DNA of 64,000 bases from Thermoanaerobaculia bacterium (lineage in GTDB: Bacteria > Acidobacteriota > Thermoanaerobaculia > UBA5066 > Gp7-AA6). The notes under the pieces are model-generated. The model searched no databases. It was not told the origin of the DNA and saw nothing but the letters and a program-made list of their open reading frames with translations. Below are positions 47,009-63,589 of this stretch, one piece after another (within the stretch, counting starts at the first letter, position 1; the number at the start of each line of letters is the position of its first letter). The stretch covers positions 5,536 to 69,535 of the forward strand of contig DATBFU010000067.1 of assembly GCA_036558325.1 (NCBI GenBank). The letters run 5' to 3'. The translations under genes and the position numbers were made by a program.

Positions 47009-48220
47009 TCAGGCGCGCGCGAGGACGATCACCGTGCTGTTGCCCCCGAAAGCGAAAGAGTTCGAGAGGGCGACGCGCACGCTCGCCGCGCGCGCCTCGT
47101 TGGGGACGTAGTCGAGATCGCAGGCCGGATCCGGATTTTCGTAGTGGATGGTCGGCGGCACCGTCTGCTCCCGGATGGTGAGCGCGGTGGCCACGGCCTC
47201 GATGGCTCCCGACGCGCAGAGGCAGTGGCCGATCATCGACTTGATCGAGGAGACCGGGATCTCGCGGGCGCGCTCGCCGAGCCCGGTCTTCAACGCGGCC
47301 GTCTCCGCAGAGTCGTTCTGAGGCGTGGCGGTGCCGTGAGCGTTGACGTAGTCGACCCGTTCCGCGCCGATGCCGGCCGACGCGAGCGCGGCGCGCACCG
47401 TCCGTCCGCCGGCCGACCCCGAAGGGTCCGGCGCCGTCATGTGGAACGCATCGGAGGTCACGCCGTATCCGAGAAACTCGGCGACGACCGGCGCTCCGCG
47501 GCGCCGCGCGCGTCCTTCCTCCTCGAAGACGAGGATGCCCGCGGCTTCGCCGATCGAAAGGCCGCGGCGCTCGCGGTCGAACGGGCGGCAGGGATCGGGA
47601 TCCACGGACCGCAGCGAATTGAAGCCGCCGTAGGTGAGCCGCGCGAGCACGTCGGAGCCGCCCGTCAGGACGACGTCCGCGAGACCCGAGGCGATGGCGT
47701 CGAAGGCGTATCCCATCGCGTTGGCCGAAGAGGAGCAGGCCGTCGTGATCGTGGACTTGATGCCCTGCAGGCTCCAGCGCTGCGCGACGCGGTCGGTGAT
47801 GGCGTCGGGCAGGTGGTTGAGCACGCGCGAGGGCCGGCCCCTTTTGCCTTCGAGGTGCCGCGCGAAAAACTCCTCCGAGTCGAGGAGCCCCGACGTGCCT
47901 CCGCCGAGGATCACGCCGACGCGCGTCGGGTCCTCCCGGCCGAGATCGAGCCCCGAGGCGGCGATCGCCTCCGACGCGGCGGCGATTCCCATGCGGTCGG
48001 CGCGCGACATCCGCCGCTTCTCGGCGGGAGAGAGCTCGGCGTCGGGAATGTCCCGGACCTCCGCCGCCGTCTGGGTCCGATAAGAAGATGCGTCGAAGAG
48101 CGACAACGGCCGGATGCCGCAGACGCCGGCGATCAGGTTCTTCCAGAACTCGGGCACGCTCGTGCCGATCGCCGTCACGGCTCCGAGCCCCGTCACGACC
48201 ACGCGGCGTCGATTCCCCAT
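47009..48220 (-). CDS. fabF: beta-ketoacyl-ACP synthase II (FabF-like)
   Basis: MGNRRRVVVTGLG N-terminus like E. coli FabF MSKRRVVVTGLG. Active-site TACSSS, HGTAT, GHCLCASG. Internal ATG 48218-48220 chosen. Confidence 0.8.
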   Translation of the reverse strand: MGNRRRVVVTGLGAVTAIGTSVPEFWKNLIAGVCGIRPLSLFDASSYRTQTAAEVRDIPDAELSPAEKRRMSRADRMGIAAASEAIAASGLDLGREDPTRVGVILGGGTSGLLDSEEFFARHLEGKRGRPSRVLNHLPDAITDRVAQRWSLQGIKSTITTACSSSANAMGYAFDAIASGLADVVLTGGSDVLARLTYGGFNSLRSVDPDPCRPFDRERRGLSIGEAAGILVFEEEGRARRRGAPVVAEFLGYGVTSDAFHMTAPDPSGSAGGRTVRAALASAGIGAERVDYVNAHGTATPQNDSAETAALKTGLGERAREIPVSSIKSMIGHCLCASGAIEAVATALTIREQTVPPTIHYENPDPACDLDYVPNEARAASVRVALSNSFAFGGNSTVIVLARA

Positions 48221-48266
48221 GGGGTTCGGAGATTGTGTCATATCGCGCTGGTGCATAATCCGCCGC

Positions 48267-48710
48267 GTGTCCGGGCGCGTCGATTGGCACACGTACTTCA
48301 TGAACATCGCGCGGCAGGTCGCGACCCGCTCGACCTGTCCGCGCAAGCACGTCGGCGCCGTGATCGTTCGCGACCGGACGATCCTCTCGACCGGATACAA
48401 CGGGTCGATCCGCGGGCAGCCGCACTGCGAGGACGTCGGGTGCCTGATCGAGGACGGTCATTGCGTGAACACCGTGCACGCCGAAGCCAACGCCATCCTG
48501 CAGGCGGCGAAAAACGGGGTCGGCGTTGCGGGCGCCGAGATCTACACGACCGCGAGCCCCTGCTGGCCCTGCTTCAAGCTCATCGCCAACGCCGGCCTGT
48601 CGCGCGTCTATTACGGGGAGTTCTATCGCGACGAGCGGTCGATCGCGGTCGCGCGCAGCGCCGGGATCGAGCTCGTGGATCTCGGGCAGTCGAAGGCGAA
48701 GAATTTCTAG
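48267..48710 (+). CDS. dCMP deaminase / ComEB-type cytidine-deoxycytidylate deaminase
   Basis: HAEANA and PCWPC zinc motifs. RVDWHTYFMNIA aligns with ComEB RISWNQYFMAQS, so the GTG at 48267 is preferred over the ATG at 48300. Confidence 0.75.
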   Translation: MSGRVDWHTYFMNIARQVATRSTCPRKHVGAVIVRDRTILSTGYNGSIRGQPHCEDVGCLIEDGHCVNTVHAEANAILQAAKNGVGVAGAEIYTTASPCWPCFKLIANAGLSRVYYGEFYRDERSIAVARSAGIELVDLGQSKAKNF

Positions 48711-48731
48711 AGCGCGTCCCGAGGGAATCGG

Positions 48732-49412
48732 CTACCGCGCCTCGGCGAGCGAGAGGAGCCGCAGGCAGTCCTCCAGATAGGCTCGGGATGCCTGCGTGAG
48801 CCGGAAAAAGCGGCAACCGAGGCCGGGGTCCGGCTCCGCGCCGAGGCGAACGACGATCGCTTCCGCGACGACGTTGCGGTCCGCGCGCTCGCCCGGGATC
48901 TCGAACGAGACCTCGATGCGGGCGCCGATCGGGAGCGCGATGGGCGTCCGGACGAAGAATCCTCCTCGGGAGAGATCCCGGATCGCGCCGGAGTGCTCGC
49001 TGCCGTCCCGCCAGAAGACCACACGCCACGGGACGGGGGAGCGCTCGTTGGTGCGGGGGAAGAGCTGGAGAAAGCGGCGCAGCGTGCCGAAGAACGCCGT
49101 GTCGTCGAAGGCGCGGGGGAGGATCCCGTCGGCGGCCGCCCGGCGAACCTCCGTGCCCTCCTCGTCGGTGGCGAGGACGACCGGCGTCCGGGCGAATCGG
49201 GGATCCGCCTTGAGCACGCGGCAGACGTCGAGGCCGCTCATGCCCGAGAGCTCGGCGTCCAGGAAGACCAGGTCGGGCCTCTCTTCGCGCGCCACGGTGA
49301 GCGCGTCCGAGCCGCTCGAGGCGGTGAGGACGCGGCACGAGGTGCGCCGGCGAATCGCGTCGGCGACGCTCCGGAAAAGGCCGCTGTCGTCGACGAGGAG
49401 GACCGAATTCAC
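48732..49412 (-). CDS. response-regulator receiver domain fused to a PilZ domain
   Basis: LLVDDS...D(53)...K REC. C-terminal RRFLQLFPRTNERSPV...DLSRGGFFV is a PilZ RxxxR / DxSxGG motif. Confidence 0.75.
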   Translation of the reverse strand: MNSVLLVDDSGLFRSVADAIRRRTSCRVLTASSGSDALTVAREERPDLVFLDAELSGMSGLDVCRVLKADPRFARTPVVLATDEEGTEVRRAAADGILPRAFDDTAFFGTLRRFLQLFPRTNERSPVPWRVVFWRDGSEHSGAIRDLSRGGFFVRTPIALPIGARIEVSFEIPGERADRNVVAEAIVVRLGAEPDPGLGCRFFRLTQASRAYLEDCLRLLSLAEAR

Positions 49413-50434
49413 CCATCAATTATAGGGCCGCCGTCGATCCGCAGCCCCCCGGTATCATCCGGGCCACCATGGACACGATCACTCACGGCATCGCGGGCGG
49501 CGTCCTGGCGCGGTCGGCTTCGGATCGGCCGGGGGCGCGCGCGGCGGTCGCGATCGGGCTCATCGCGGCGATGCTGCCGGACCTCGACATCCTCTACATC
49601 CGCACCCGGCTCGACTACCTGCGCTACCACCGCGGATTGACACATTCCTTCGTCGTGCTGCCGGTCTTCGCGCTCCTCGTCGCGCTGGCGGCGCGTCTCG
49701 TGTTCCGGCGCGCGCGGCTCACGACGCTCTGGCTCTTCGCGGCCATCGGGATCGCTTCGCACATCGTCCTCGACTGGATCACGTCGTTCGGCACGATGTT
49801 CTTCTTTCCGCTGTCGCAGCACCGCTACTCGCTCGACTGGGTCTTCATCCTGGACCCTTTCTTCACCGGGCTCGCGGCGCTGACGCTCTTCGCATCGCTC
49901 GTGTACCGGAGCCGCGGACGCGCGATCGCCGTCGCGGGGTCCTCGGCTCTGGCCGTCTACGTCGCGTTCTGCGCCGTGCAGCACGCTCGCGCTCTCGACG
50001 CCTGGCGCCGCGCGGACCGGCCGCCGCTCGGCTCCCGGGTCGCGGCGCTGCCGCAGTTCCTGTCGCCCTTCCGCTGGCTCGGGCTGTCGGATCGGGGCGA
50101 CGCCGTGGACGCCGGCTTTTTCGACGTCGGCCCGTTCGCGCGGGGCGTGGACGATCCCCGCCCCCCGCGGCGGTTCTCCGAAATCCTCGCGAGCCTCGCC
50201 GACTTCTATCCGCCGATCGCGCGCGTCAAGATCCGGCGATTCCCCCACCCGCCGCCGTCTCCGGCGCTCGCGGCGGCGCGCTCCCGGCCGGACGTCGAGG
50301 CCTATCTGCGTTTCGCGCGTTTTCCGCGGGCCGTCGTGCGCGCCGGACCCGGCGGCGGCACCGAGATCGTCTGGGAGGACCTGCGTTTCCTGCCCTGGTT
50401 CGCCGGACCGTGGCAGATGGACGCGAAAGGCGTG

Positions 50435-55539
<5,105 letters not shown>

Positions 55540-55579
55540 CCCGTCAGAGGCTGGCGTCGAAGCCGGCCGGGAGGATCGC

Positions 55580-55798
55580 TTGGTGGACCTGCCCGCTCGC
55601 GTGATCGTCTTCTGCCCGACCCTCGAGCTCAAGAACAAGCCGGGCCGCCTGATGGCCGTGTCGCCCAACGGCTACTACGAGGTCTGGCTCGACTTCGCCG
55701 ACCGCAACCATGCCGTCCTCCTGCCGATCGCCGGAAGCGCGTTGATCTTCCAGGAGCCCAATTCGACGGTGGGGGAGATCCCGGATCTGGAGCGCTGA
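55580..55798 (+). CDS. hypothetical small protein (TTG start)
   Basis: 72-aa ORF after ligA. No domain recognised. Confidence 0.25.
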   Translation: MVDLPARVIVFCPTLELKNKPGRLMAVSPNGYYEVWLDFADRNHAVLLPIAGSALIFQEPNSTVGEIPDLER

Positions 55799-55806
55799 GC
55801 CGGACC

Positions 55807-56499
55807 TCAGGGAAAAAGATCCAGCAACTCCCGAAGCTTCGCGACTCGCTCGACTCCCTCCGGGGCCGCGCCCGTTCCGATGAGGATCGCGTGCAATCCC
55901 GCCGCCTGCGCGCCGAGCACGTCGATCTCGTAGATGTCGCCGACGTAGGCGCAGGCCTCGGGCGGAAGGTCGAGGCGGTCGGTCGCGGCGCGGAAGATGC
56001 GCGGGTCGGGCTTCTCGAAGCCGACTTCGGACGAATCGACCACGAGCTCGAGAAACGGCGCGAGGCCGGCGCGCTCGAGCAGCCCTCGCACCCGGCCGTC
56101 GGCGTTCGAAACGACGCCCATCCGGTAGCCGCGGCGCGCCAGGGCTTCGAGCGTCGGGGCCGCGTCCGTGGAGGCCCGGGACCAGAGGTTCGAGCGCCGA
56201 TGCTCGGCCGCGATGCGCTCGGACGCCGCGCGCCGCTCGTCGGGCCGGATTCGGAGATCCGAGAGGATCGCCTCGAGGAAGAGCGGCAGCCTTTCGGCAT
56301 CCGTCGAGCCGGGCCGCTCGAGCACGAGACGCTGCACCGCGGCGACGCCGGCCGCCTCGGCGCGATCGAACGCGCCCTCATCCCAGGAGAGTCCGGCGGC
56401 GGCGGTGAGGCGCTCGCCGTCCACGCGAATGAGCGTGCCGCCGGCGTCGAAGAGGATGGCCCGGGCGCGGTCTCGACTCGCGGGCCGGCCGCCTTTCAG
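55807..56499 (-). CDS. HAD-family hydrolase (haloacid dehalogenase-like), start unresolved (CTG overlapping glmM stop proposed)
   Basis: AILFDAGGTLI motif I, VVSNADG motif II, GDIYEIDV motif IV. No ATG/GTG/TTG between the glmM stop and motif I. A CTGA overlap and GGGAG lie 8 nt upstream. Confidence 0.65.
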   Translation of the reverse strand: MKGGRPASRDRARAILFDAGGTLIRVDGERLTAAAGLSWDEGAFDRAEAAGVAAVQRLVLERPGSTDAERLPLFLEAILSDLRIRPDERRAASERIAAEHRRSNLWSRASTDAAPTLEALARRGYRMGVVSNADGRVRGLLERAGLAPFLELVVDSSEVGFEKPDPRIFRAATDRLDLPPEACAYVGDIYEIDVLGAQAAGLHAILIGTGAAPEGVERVAKLRELLDLFP

Positions 56500-57833
56500 T
56501 GGGGCAGCTCCCGCTTCGCGACGGACTCGAGCTCGTCGGCGACCGAGAGCACCTCCTTTTCGTCCCGTCCTTCGACGAGGATCCGCAGGAGGGCCTCCGT
56601 GCCCGAGTAACGGAGGAAAACGCGACCGCGGCCGGCCAGGGCGTTCTCGGCGCGCCGCACGGCCTGGACGAGCGCGGTCACCTCCTCGAGCGGGACGCGC
56701 CGCGCCGCCCGCACGTTGCGGAGCGACTGCGGCACCTTCTCGAGCGTCGCGAGACGGCCGAGGCTCCCGCCGTTTTCCGAGAGGATCCGGGCGAGAGTCA
56801 GGCAGGTCAGGATCCCGTCGCCCGCCGGCGAGAGCGACAGGAGGATGTGGCCGGAGGTCTCGCCGCCGATCGTCGCGCCCTCCTCCTCCATCTTGCGCGC
56901 GACGTTGCGGTCCCCGACCGCCGCGCGGTGGAAGGCGATGCCTTCGCGGCCCAGAGCCGCCTCGAGGCCGAAGTTGGACATGACCGTGCCCACGACGCCT
57001 CCCGGCGCGAGCCGACCCTGCCGCTTCCATTCGCGCGCGACGATCCAGAGGACGTCGTCTCCGTCGAGGATGCGGCCGGTTTCGTCGGCGAAGATCGATC
57101 GATCCGCGTCGCCGTCGAACGCGACGCCCATCGCCGCGCCGCGCTCCTTCGTCCGCCGCGCCATGCCCTCGGGGTGAAGGGCGCCGCACCCGCGATTGAT
57201 GTTGCGCCCGTCGGGCGCGACCGACATCGTCTCGACGCGCGCGCCGGCTCGGGTCAGCGCCGCCGGCCCGAGCTCCCAGGCGGCGCCGTTGCCGGCGTCC
57301 ACGACGATCGCGAGACCCGTCAGGTGCGCGGGCATCAGCGCGGCCAGCCGGTCGAGGTAGGCGCGCGCGAGCGCCGGATCGCGGCTCGGGGCGTGGCCGT
57401 TCGAAGAGTCCGGGGCGTCCGCAATCCCGTCGCGGCCAGCGAGCAGGATTTCTTCGAGCGCCTGTTCGTCCGCGTCCGGCCACTTCCGGCCGTCGGGCCC
57501 GAAGATCTTCACGCCGTTGTCCTCGTAGGGATTGTGAGACGCCGAGACCGACACGCCGGCGCCGGCGCGGCATTCGAGGACGAGCTCGGCGATCCCGGGC
57601 GTCGTCATGACGCCGGCCGCGGCGACCGCGCAGCCGCTCTCCGCGAGACCCGCGGCCAGACGAGCGATCATCCGCTCCGTGGACTCGCGCGTGTCGCCGC
57701 CGAGGACGACCGGCGGCCGGCCGGCCCGGACGACCCGGCGGCCGAGCTCGCGTCCGATGCGGACGAGCGACGCGTCGTCGAGCGGGAACTCTCCCGCGCG
57801 GCCGCGAAGCCCGTCGGTGCCGAAGAGCCTCAT
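56496..57833 (-). CDS. glmM: phosphoglucosamine mutase
   Basis: SASHNP active-site serine loop, FDGDADR, GETSGH. Confidence 0.95.
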   Translation of the reverse strand: MRLFGTDGLRGRAGEFPLDDASLVRIGRELGRRVVRAGRPPVVLGGDTRESTERMIARLAAGLAESGCAVAAAGVMTTPGIAELVLECRAGAGVSVSASHNPYEDNGVKIFGPDGRKWPDADEQALEEILLAGRDGIADAPDSSNGHAPSRDPALARAYLDRLAALMPAHLTGLAIVVDAGNGAAWELGPAALTRAGARVETMSVAPDGRNINRGCGALHPEGMARRTKERGAAMGVAFDGDADRSIFADETGRILDGDDVLWIVAREWKRQGRLAPGGVVGTVMSNFGLEAALGREGIAFHRAAVGDRNVARKMEEEGATIGGETSGHILLSLSPAGDGILTCLTLARILSENGGSLGRLATLEKVPQSLRNVRAARRVPLEEVTALVQAVRRAENALAGRGRVFLRYSGTEALLRILVEGRDEKEVLSVADELESVAKRELPH

Positions 57834-58534
57834 GGCCGCGCCTTTCGCGGTGTCGGCTCCGGCACTTGAGTCGGCGGGATCGCCTCGAGGCGGACGGTGA
57901 CGGCGACGCTGGACGCCTGTCGCAGGCGGAGGGCCGGCGCCTCTACCGTGAGCGCCGCGGGTACCGTGAACGTAGCCGTCCGGCCGGCGACGGAGACCGG
58001 GACCGTCGCCACCTGATTCAGGCGGGCGAGGACCGAAGCCGGGCCCGCCACACGCGCGCTCGGCGGGTCCGCGCTCACCCCGGCGATCCGAACGCCGGGC
58101 GCCGGATCGCCGACGACCGCGGGGACGACCGGAACGCTCTTCTCCTCGACGGTGTCGAGCCGGAAGGGGATCTCCTGAGGCGAGATCGAGATGACCTCGA
58201 CCTCGGGCGGCACGTTGACGTCGTCGGCCGTCAGCCGATAAACGCGCTCGCCCGGCGTCGCCTCCTTGAGATCGAGCACCGCCTCCAGCCGGTCCGGCTC
58301 GAGCTGTCGAAAAGCGGTGAACGGCGCGCGCAACCGCACGTCCACGGAGGGCGGCATGGCCGAGGCGACGAGCGAGCGCGGCGGAATGTTCACGATCGAG
58401 AGAGGAACATGGTACGTCCTTTCGGACGTGCGCTCTCGCCGTTCTCCGGAGAGCGAGAACCAGAGGGCGAGCGCGATGGCGAGCGCCAGGAGCTTTGCGC
58501 CGGCGTTCCGGACGAGAAAACGCGGGAGCGCCAT
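57830..58534 (-). CDS. cdaR: YbbR-domain protein, CdaR-type regulator of diadenylate cyclase
   Basis: N-terminal TM plus YbbR-like repeats. Sits between cdaA and glmM as in the conserved operon. ATGA overlap with glmM. Confidence 0.75.
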   Translation of the reverse strand: MALPRFLVRNAGAKLLALAIALALWFSLSGERRERTSERTYHVPLSIVNIPPRSLVASAMPPSVDVRLRAPFTAFRQLEPDRLEAVLDLKEATPGERVYRLTADDVNVPPEVEVISISPQEIPFRLDTVEEKSVPVVPAVVGDPAPGVRIAGVSADPPSARVAGPASVLARLNQVATVPVSVAGRTATFTVPAALTVEAPALRLRQASSVAVTVRLEAIPPTQVPEPTPRKARP

Positions 58535-58549
58535 GCCTTCGTCGAACCC

Positions 58550-59329
58550 TCAGCGGCCCGTGGCGAACTCGCGCAGGAGCGAGTCGCGCAGGGACTTGGC
58601 GTCGAGCTCGTCGAGCAGCTCCCCCTGGCGCGCGAGCGACACCGTGCCGCGCTCCTCGGAGACCACGATGGCCAGGGCGTCGGTCTCCTCGGTGATGCCG
58701 ATTGCGGCGCGGTGGCGGGTCCCGTAACGCTTCGAGAGGCTGTCCTTCAGGGTCAGCGGAAGGAAACAGGAAGCGGCGGCGATCCGCTCCCCCGAGACGA
58801 TGACGGCGCCGTCGTGCAGCGGTGTGCCGGGCGCGAAGAGCGTCACGAGAAGATCATAAGAGACGGACGAATCGAGCCGGACGCCGTTCTCGATGTATGC
58901 CTTCAGTCCCTCCTGCCGCTCGAGCACGATCAAGGCGCCGACGCGGCGCGTCGAGAGCGACGTCGTCGCGAGCACGATCTCCGAGATCAGCTCCTCGGCG
59001 TGGTACGAGGAGAACCAGAGCGGCGTGCGGCCGAACGCCGCGAGGGCGCGCCGCAGCTCCTGCGCGAAGAGCACGATGATCCCGAACGGCAGGTAGAAGA
59101 TCAGGGTCTTCAGGACCTCGCGCAGCGTCGCGAGGCGGAGCGCCACGGCGAGCCGGTAGACCAGGAAGACGATCAGGAGCCCGACGACCATCTGGACGGC
59201 GCGGGTTCCGCGGATGAGCCGCAGCAGCGTGTAGGCGATCAGGGCGACGGCGAGGATGTCGATGGCGTCGCGCCAGGTGAACGCAAGGCGCGAGAGGGCG
59301 CCGAGTGGTCCGGAGAGGCGTTCGATCAC
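58550..59329 (-). CDS. cdaA: diadenylate cyclase CdaA (DisA_N / DAC domain, membrane-anchored)
   Basis: Three N-terminal TMs, DGAVIV and RHRAAIGI DAC motifs. GTG 59327-59329 overlaps the folP stop (GTGA). Confidence 0.9.
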   Translation of the reverse strand: MIERLSGPLGALSRLAFTWRDAIDILAVALIAYTLLRLIRGTRAVQMVVGLLIVFLVYRLAVALRLATLREVLKTLIFYLPFGIIVLFAQELRRALAAFGRTPLWFSSYHAEELISEIVLATTSLSTRRVGALIVLERQEGLKAYIENGVRLDSSVSYDLLVTLFAPGTPLHDGAVIVSGERIAAASCFLPLTLKDSLSKRYGTRHRAAIGITEETDALAIVVSEERGTVSLARQGELLDELDAKSLRDSLLREFATGR

Positions 59330-60483
59330 CGGGCCTCCGACGTCGCGGGCGTTCGGGCGGTCGCGGCCTCGGGCCGCGCGATCGCCCGCGTCATGCGCAG
59401 GAACCGCACGGTGTCCGCCACGTCGTGGACGCGCACGAGCGCCGCCCCGGCGGAGGCGGCCGCGGCGACCGCGGCGAGCGAGCCGGGGAGCCGCTCGGCG
59501 GCGGAGGAGTCCTCGGCCACTCCGGAGAACCGGCGGACGAAGCCCTTGCGCGAGGCGCCGACGGCGACCGGATAGCCGAGCGTCCGGAGGGCGTCGAGGT
59601 GGCGGAGAAGAATCAGGTTGCCTTCGGGGCTCTTTCCGAAGCCGAGTCCCGGGTCGACGGCGATCTTTTCGGCGGCGACGCCGGCCGCGCGCGCCGACGC
59701 GGCCGCGGACGCGAGCGCCTCGGCGACGTCCGCGACGGGGTGCGCATACGTCGTGTCGTCCTGCATGCGTCGCGGATCGTCTCCGCGCATGTGCATGAGG
59801 ACGAGTGCCGCCCGGGCCGCCGCGACGACGCCCGCCATCTCCCGGTCGTGGCGCAGCGCGGAGACGTCGTTGACCGCGTCGGCGCCCTCCGCGAGCGCGG
59901 CCCGCGCCACCGCGGCCTTGCGCGTGTCGATCGAGAGGGGAGCGGCGCTCGCGCGGCGGATGCCGCGAATCACCGGGACGATCCGGTCGAGCTCCTCCTC
60001 GAGCGGGACCTCGGAGGCTGCGCCGTAGTTGGCCGGCCGCGTCGATTCTCCGCCGACGTCGACCATGTCGGCCCCTTCCTCGAAGAGACGGAGCGCCCGC
60101 TCGACGGCGCGCCCGCGGTCGAAGGCGAGGCCGCCGTCGGAGAAGGAATCCGGCGTGACATTCACGACCCCCATGACGAGCGGCGCCGATGCGAGATCGA
60201 GCGCCCGGCCGCCCGCGAGCCCGAGGCGCGCCGGCGCGCGCTCGGCCCGCTCGAAGGCCGCCCGTGCGCGGTCCCGCAGCGTCGCCGGGAGGGCCTTCAG
60301 CGTTTCGGTGCGGCGGGCCCGGGAGACGACGACCGGCGGGGAGGCCGACCCGGAGAAGCGGACGACGTCCACCGGGAATTCGGCGGCGGAGAAGGAGGGA
60401 AGCCGGACCGCGTCCCACCCGGCGACCTCCGCCAGGGCCTCGCGGTCCTTCGCCGGGAAGACCAGGTCCGATTCGGCCGCCAC
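59326..60483 (-). CDS. folP: dihydropteroate synthase with about 95-aa N-terminal extension
   Basis: LVMGVVNVTPDSFSDGG...VDVGGESTRP...DPGLGFGK is a canonical DHPS core. The first ATG gives an extra N-terminal region of unknown function. An internal ATG at MGVVNVT would give a short form like S. aureus. Confidence 0.8.
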   Translation of the reverse strand: MAAESDLVFPAKDREALAEVAGWDAVRLPSFSAAEFPVDVVRFSGSASPPVVVSRARRTETLKALPATLRDRARAAFERAERAPARLGLAGGRALDLASAPLVMGVVNVTPDSFSDGGLAFDRGRAVERALRLFEEGADMVDVGGESTRPANYGAASEVPLEEELDRIVPVIRGIRRASAAPLSIDTRKAAVARAALAEGADAVNDVSALRHDREMAGVVAAARAALVLMHMRGDDPRRMQDDTTYAHPVADVAEALASAAASARAAGVAAEKIAVDPGLGFGKSPEGNLILLRHLDALRTLGYPVAVGASRKGFVRRFSGVAEDSSAAERLPGSLAAVAAAASAGAALVRVHDVADTVRFLRMTRAIARPEAATARTPATSEAR

Positions 60484-60517
60484 GCGGGCAGTGTAGCGGA
60501 AGGGCCGCCGGGTCCGA

Positions 60518-61009
60518 TCAGATCGACTCGTCCGCGGTCGGACCGTAGACGGCCGGCAGCGGGACGTCGTTCAACCTCAGGTAAACGGTCAGCTGCCCGC
60601 GGTGATGGATGAGGTGATTGAGGAGCAGCCGGCGCACGGCCGCTTTCCGCGGAAGCTGGAAGAAGATGCTGCCGTCCGGCTTGAGCACCGGGAATTCCTC
60701 GGCCATGTCGTCATCGGAGCGTGAGGCGATCGCAGCGCGGCTCTCCGCCACGTTCTGATCGAAGCGGGCGAGCAGGTCCGGCGTCGTGCGCAGCGCCGGC
60801 GCCTTTTCGCTGCCGACCTGAAAGCTCGGTGCCGAGAGCCGAATGCCCCAGCGCATCGTCTCGGTCACGTGCGTCGCGAGCTCTCCGAGGCTGCGCGACT
60901 TGGGATGCGGCTTCCAGTCGAGGCGGTCCATGGGAACGCGCTCGAGGAGCCGTCGCGTGGAAGCCGCCTCGGCGTCGAGCTCGGGGAGGTATCTCTCGGC
61001 GATACTCAT
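60518..61009 (-). CDS. DinB/YfiT-family (DinB_2) putative metal-dependent hydrolase
   Basis: 163 aa. Conserved His spacing (H...HxxxH...HHRGQ) of the DinB_2 four-helix bundle. Confidence 0.7.
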   Translation of the reverse strand: MSIAERYLPELDAEAASTRRLLERVPMDRLDWKPHPKSRSLGELATHVTETMRWGIRLSAPSFQVGSEKAPALRTTPDLLARFDQNVAESRAAIASRSDDDMAEEFPVLKPDGSIFFQLPRKAAVRRLLLNHLIHHRGQLTVYLRLNDVPLPAVYGPTADESI

Positions 61010-61048
61010 GCGCTCCGGCGCCCACGCGCTCGCGAAGCGAGCGTTTCC

Positions 61049-62965
<1,917 letters not shown>

Positions 62966-63037
62966 CGGGTCTTCTCCTCGGGCTCTTCCTCAGGCTCTCC
63001 GGGCCAGGACATCAGCATAACGGAGAAGTGTCGGAAT

Positions 63038-63559
63038 TTATTGCCCGGCCGCGATTTCGGCCACGAAGGGGAGGTTGCCGAAGAGGCCCTTGTATTCCAT
63101 TCCGTAGCCGACGAAAGTGCCGCCCTCCGACGTGAAGAGGGGATAGTCCACCGTCAGGTCGGTCCGCCGCTCGTGGGGCTTGTCCACGATGGCCGCGATC
63201 CGGACGCTCTCGACCCCGCTGCCCCGGAGCTGGTCCGAGAGATACGTCTCGATCACGCCCGTGTTGACGACGTCCTTGAGGAGGACGACGGCCTTGCCGG
63301 ACAGGTCGAATTTCGTGGCGAAGTCGATCTGGAGGATCTCGTCGCTGCCTTCGGCGCGCCGCACGCTGATGTATTCGAGCGCCGCCGGGGTGCGGACCTG
63401 GCGCGAGAGGTCGGCAGTAAACAGCGCCGCGCCCTTGAGGATCGAGAGGAAGACGACGGGGCGGCCGCGGAAGTCCTCGTCCAGGCGCCGGGCGACTTCC
63501 GAGACGCGCGCAGCGATTTTCTCCGCCTCGAAACGCCGCTCAAAGCTCGGTGCGTCCAT
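63038..63559 (-). CDS. hpt: hypoxanthine phosphoribosyltransferase
   Basis: VLLKDVVNTGVI PRPP-binding motif. 173 aa. Confidence 0.9.
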   Translation of the reverse strand: MDAPSFERRFEAEKIAARVSEVARRLDEDFRGRPVVFLSILKGAALFTADLSRQVRTPAALEYISVRRAEGSDEILQIDFATKFDLSGKAVVLLKDVVNTGVIETYLSDQLRGSGVESVRIAAIVDKPHERRTDLTVDYPLFTSEGGTFVGYGMEYKGLFGNLPFVAEIAAGQ

Positions 63560-63589
63560 TCGTCTTGTGCTGGCTTGCTTGAGGAAATC

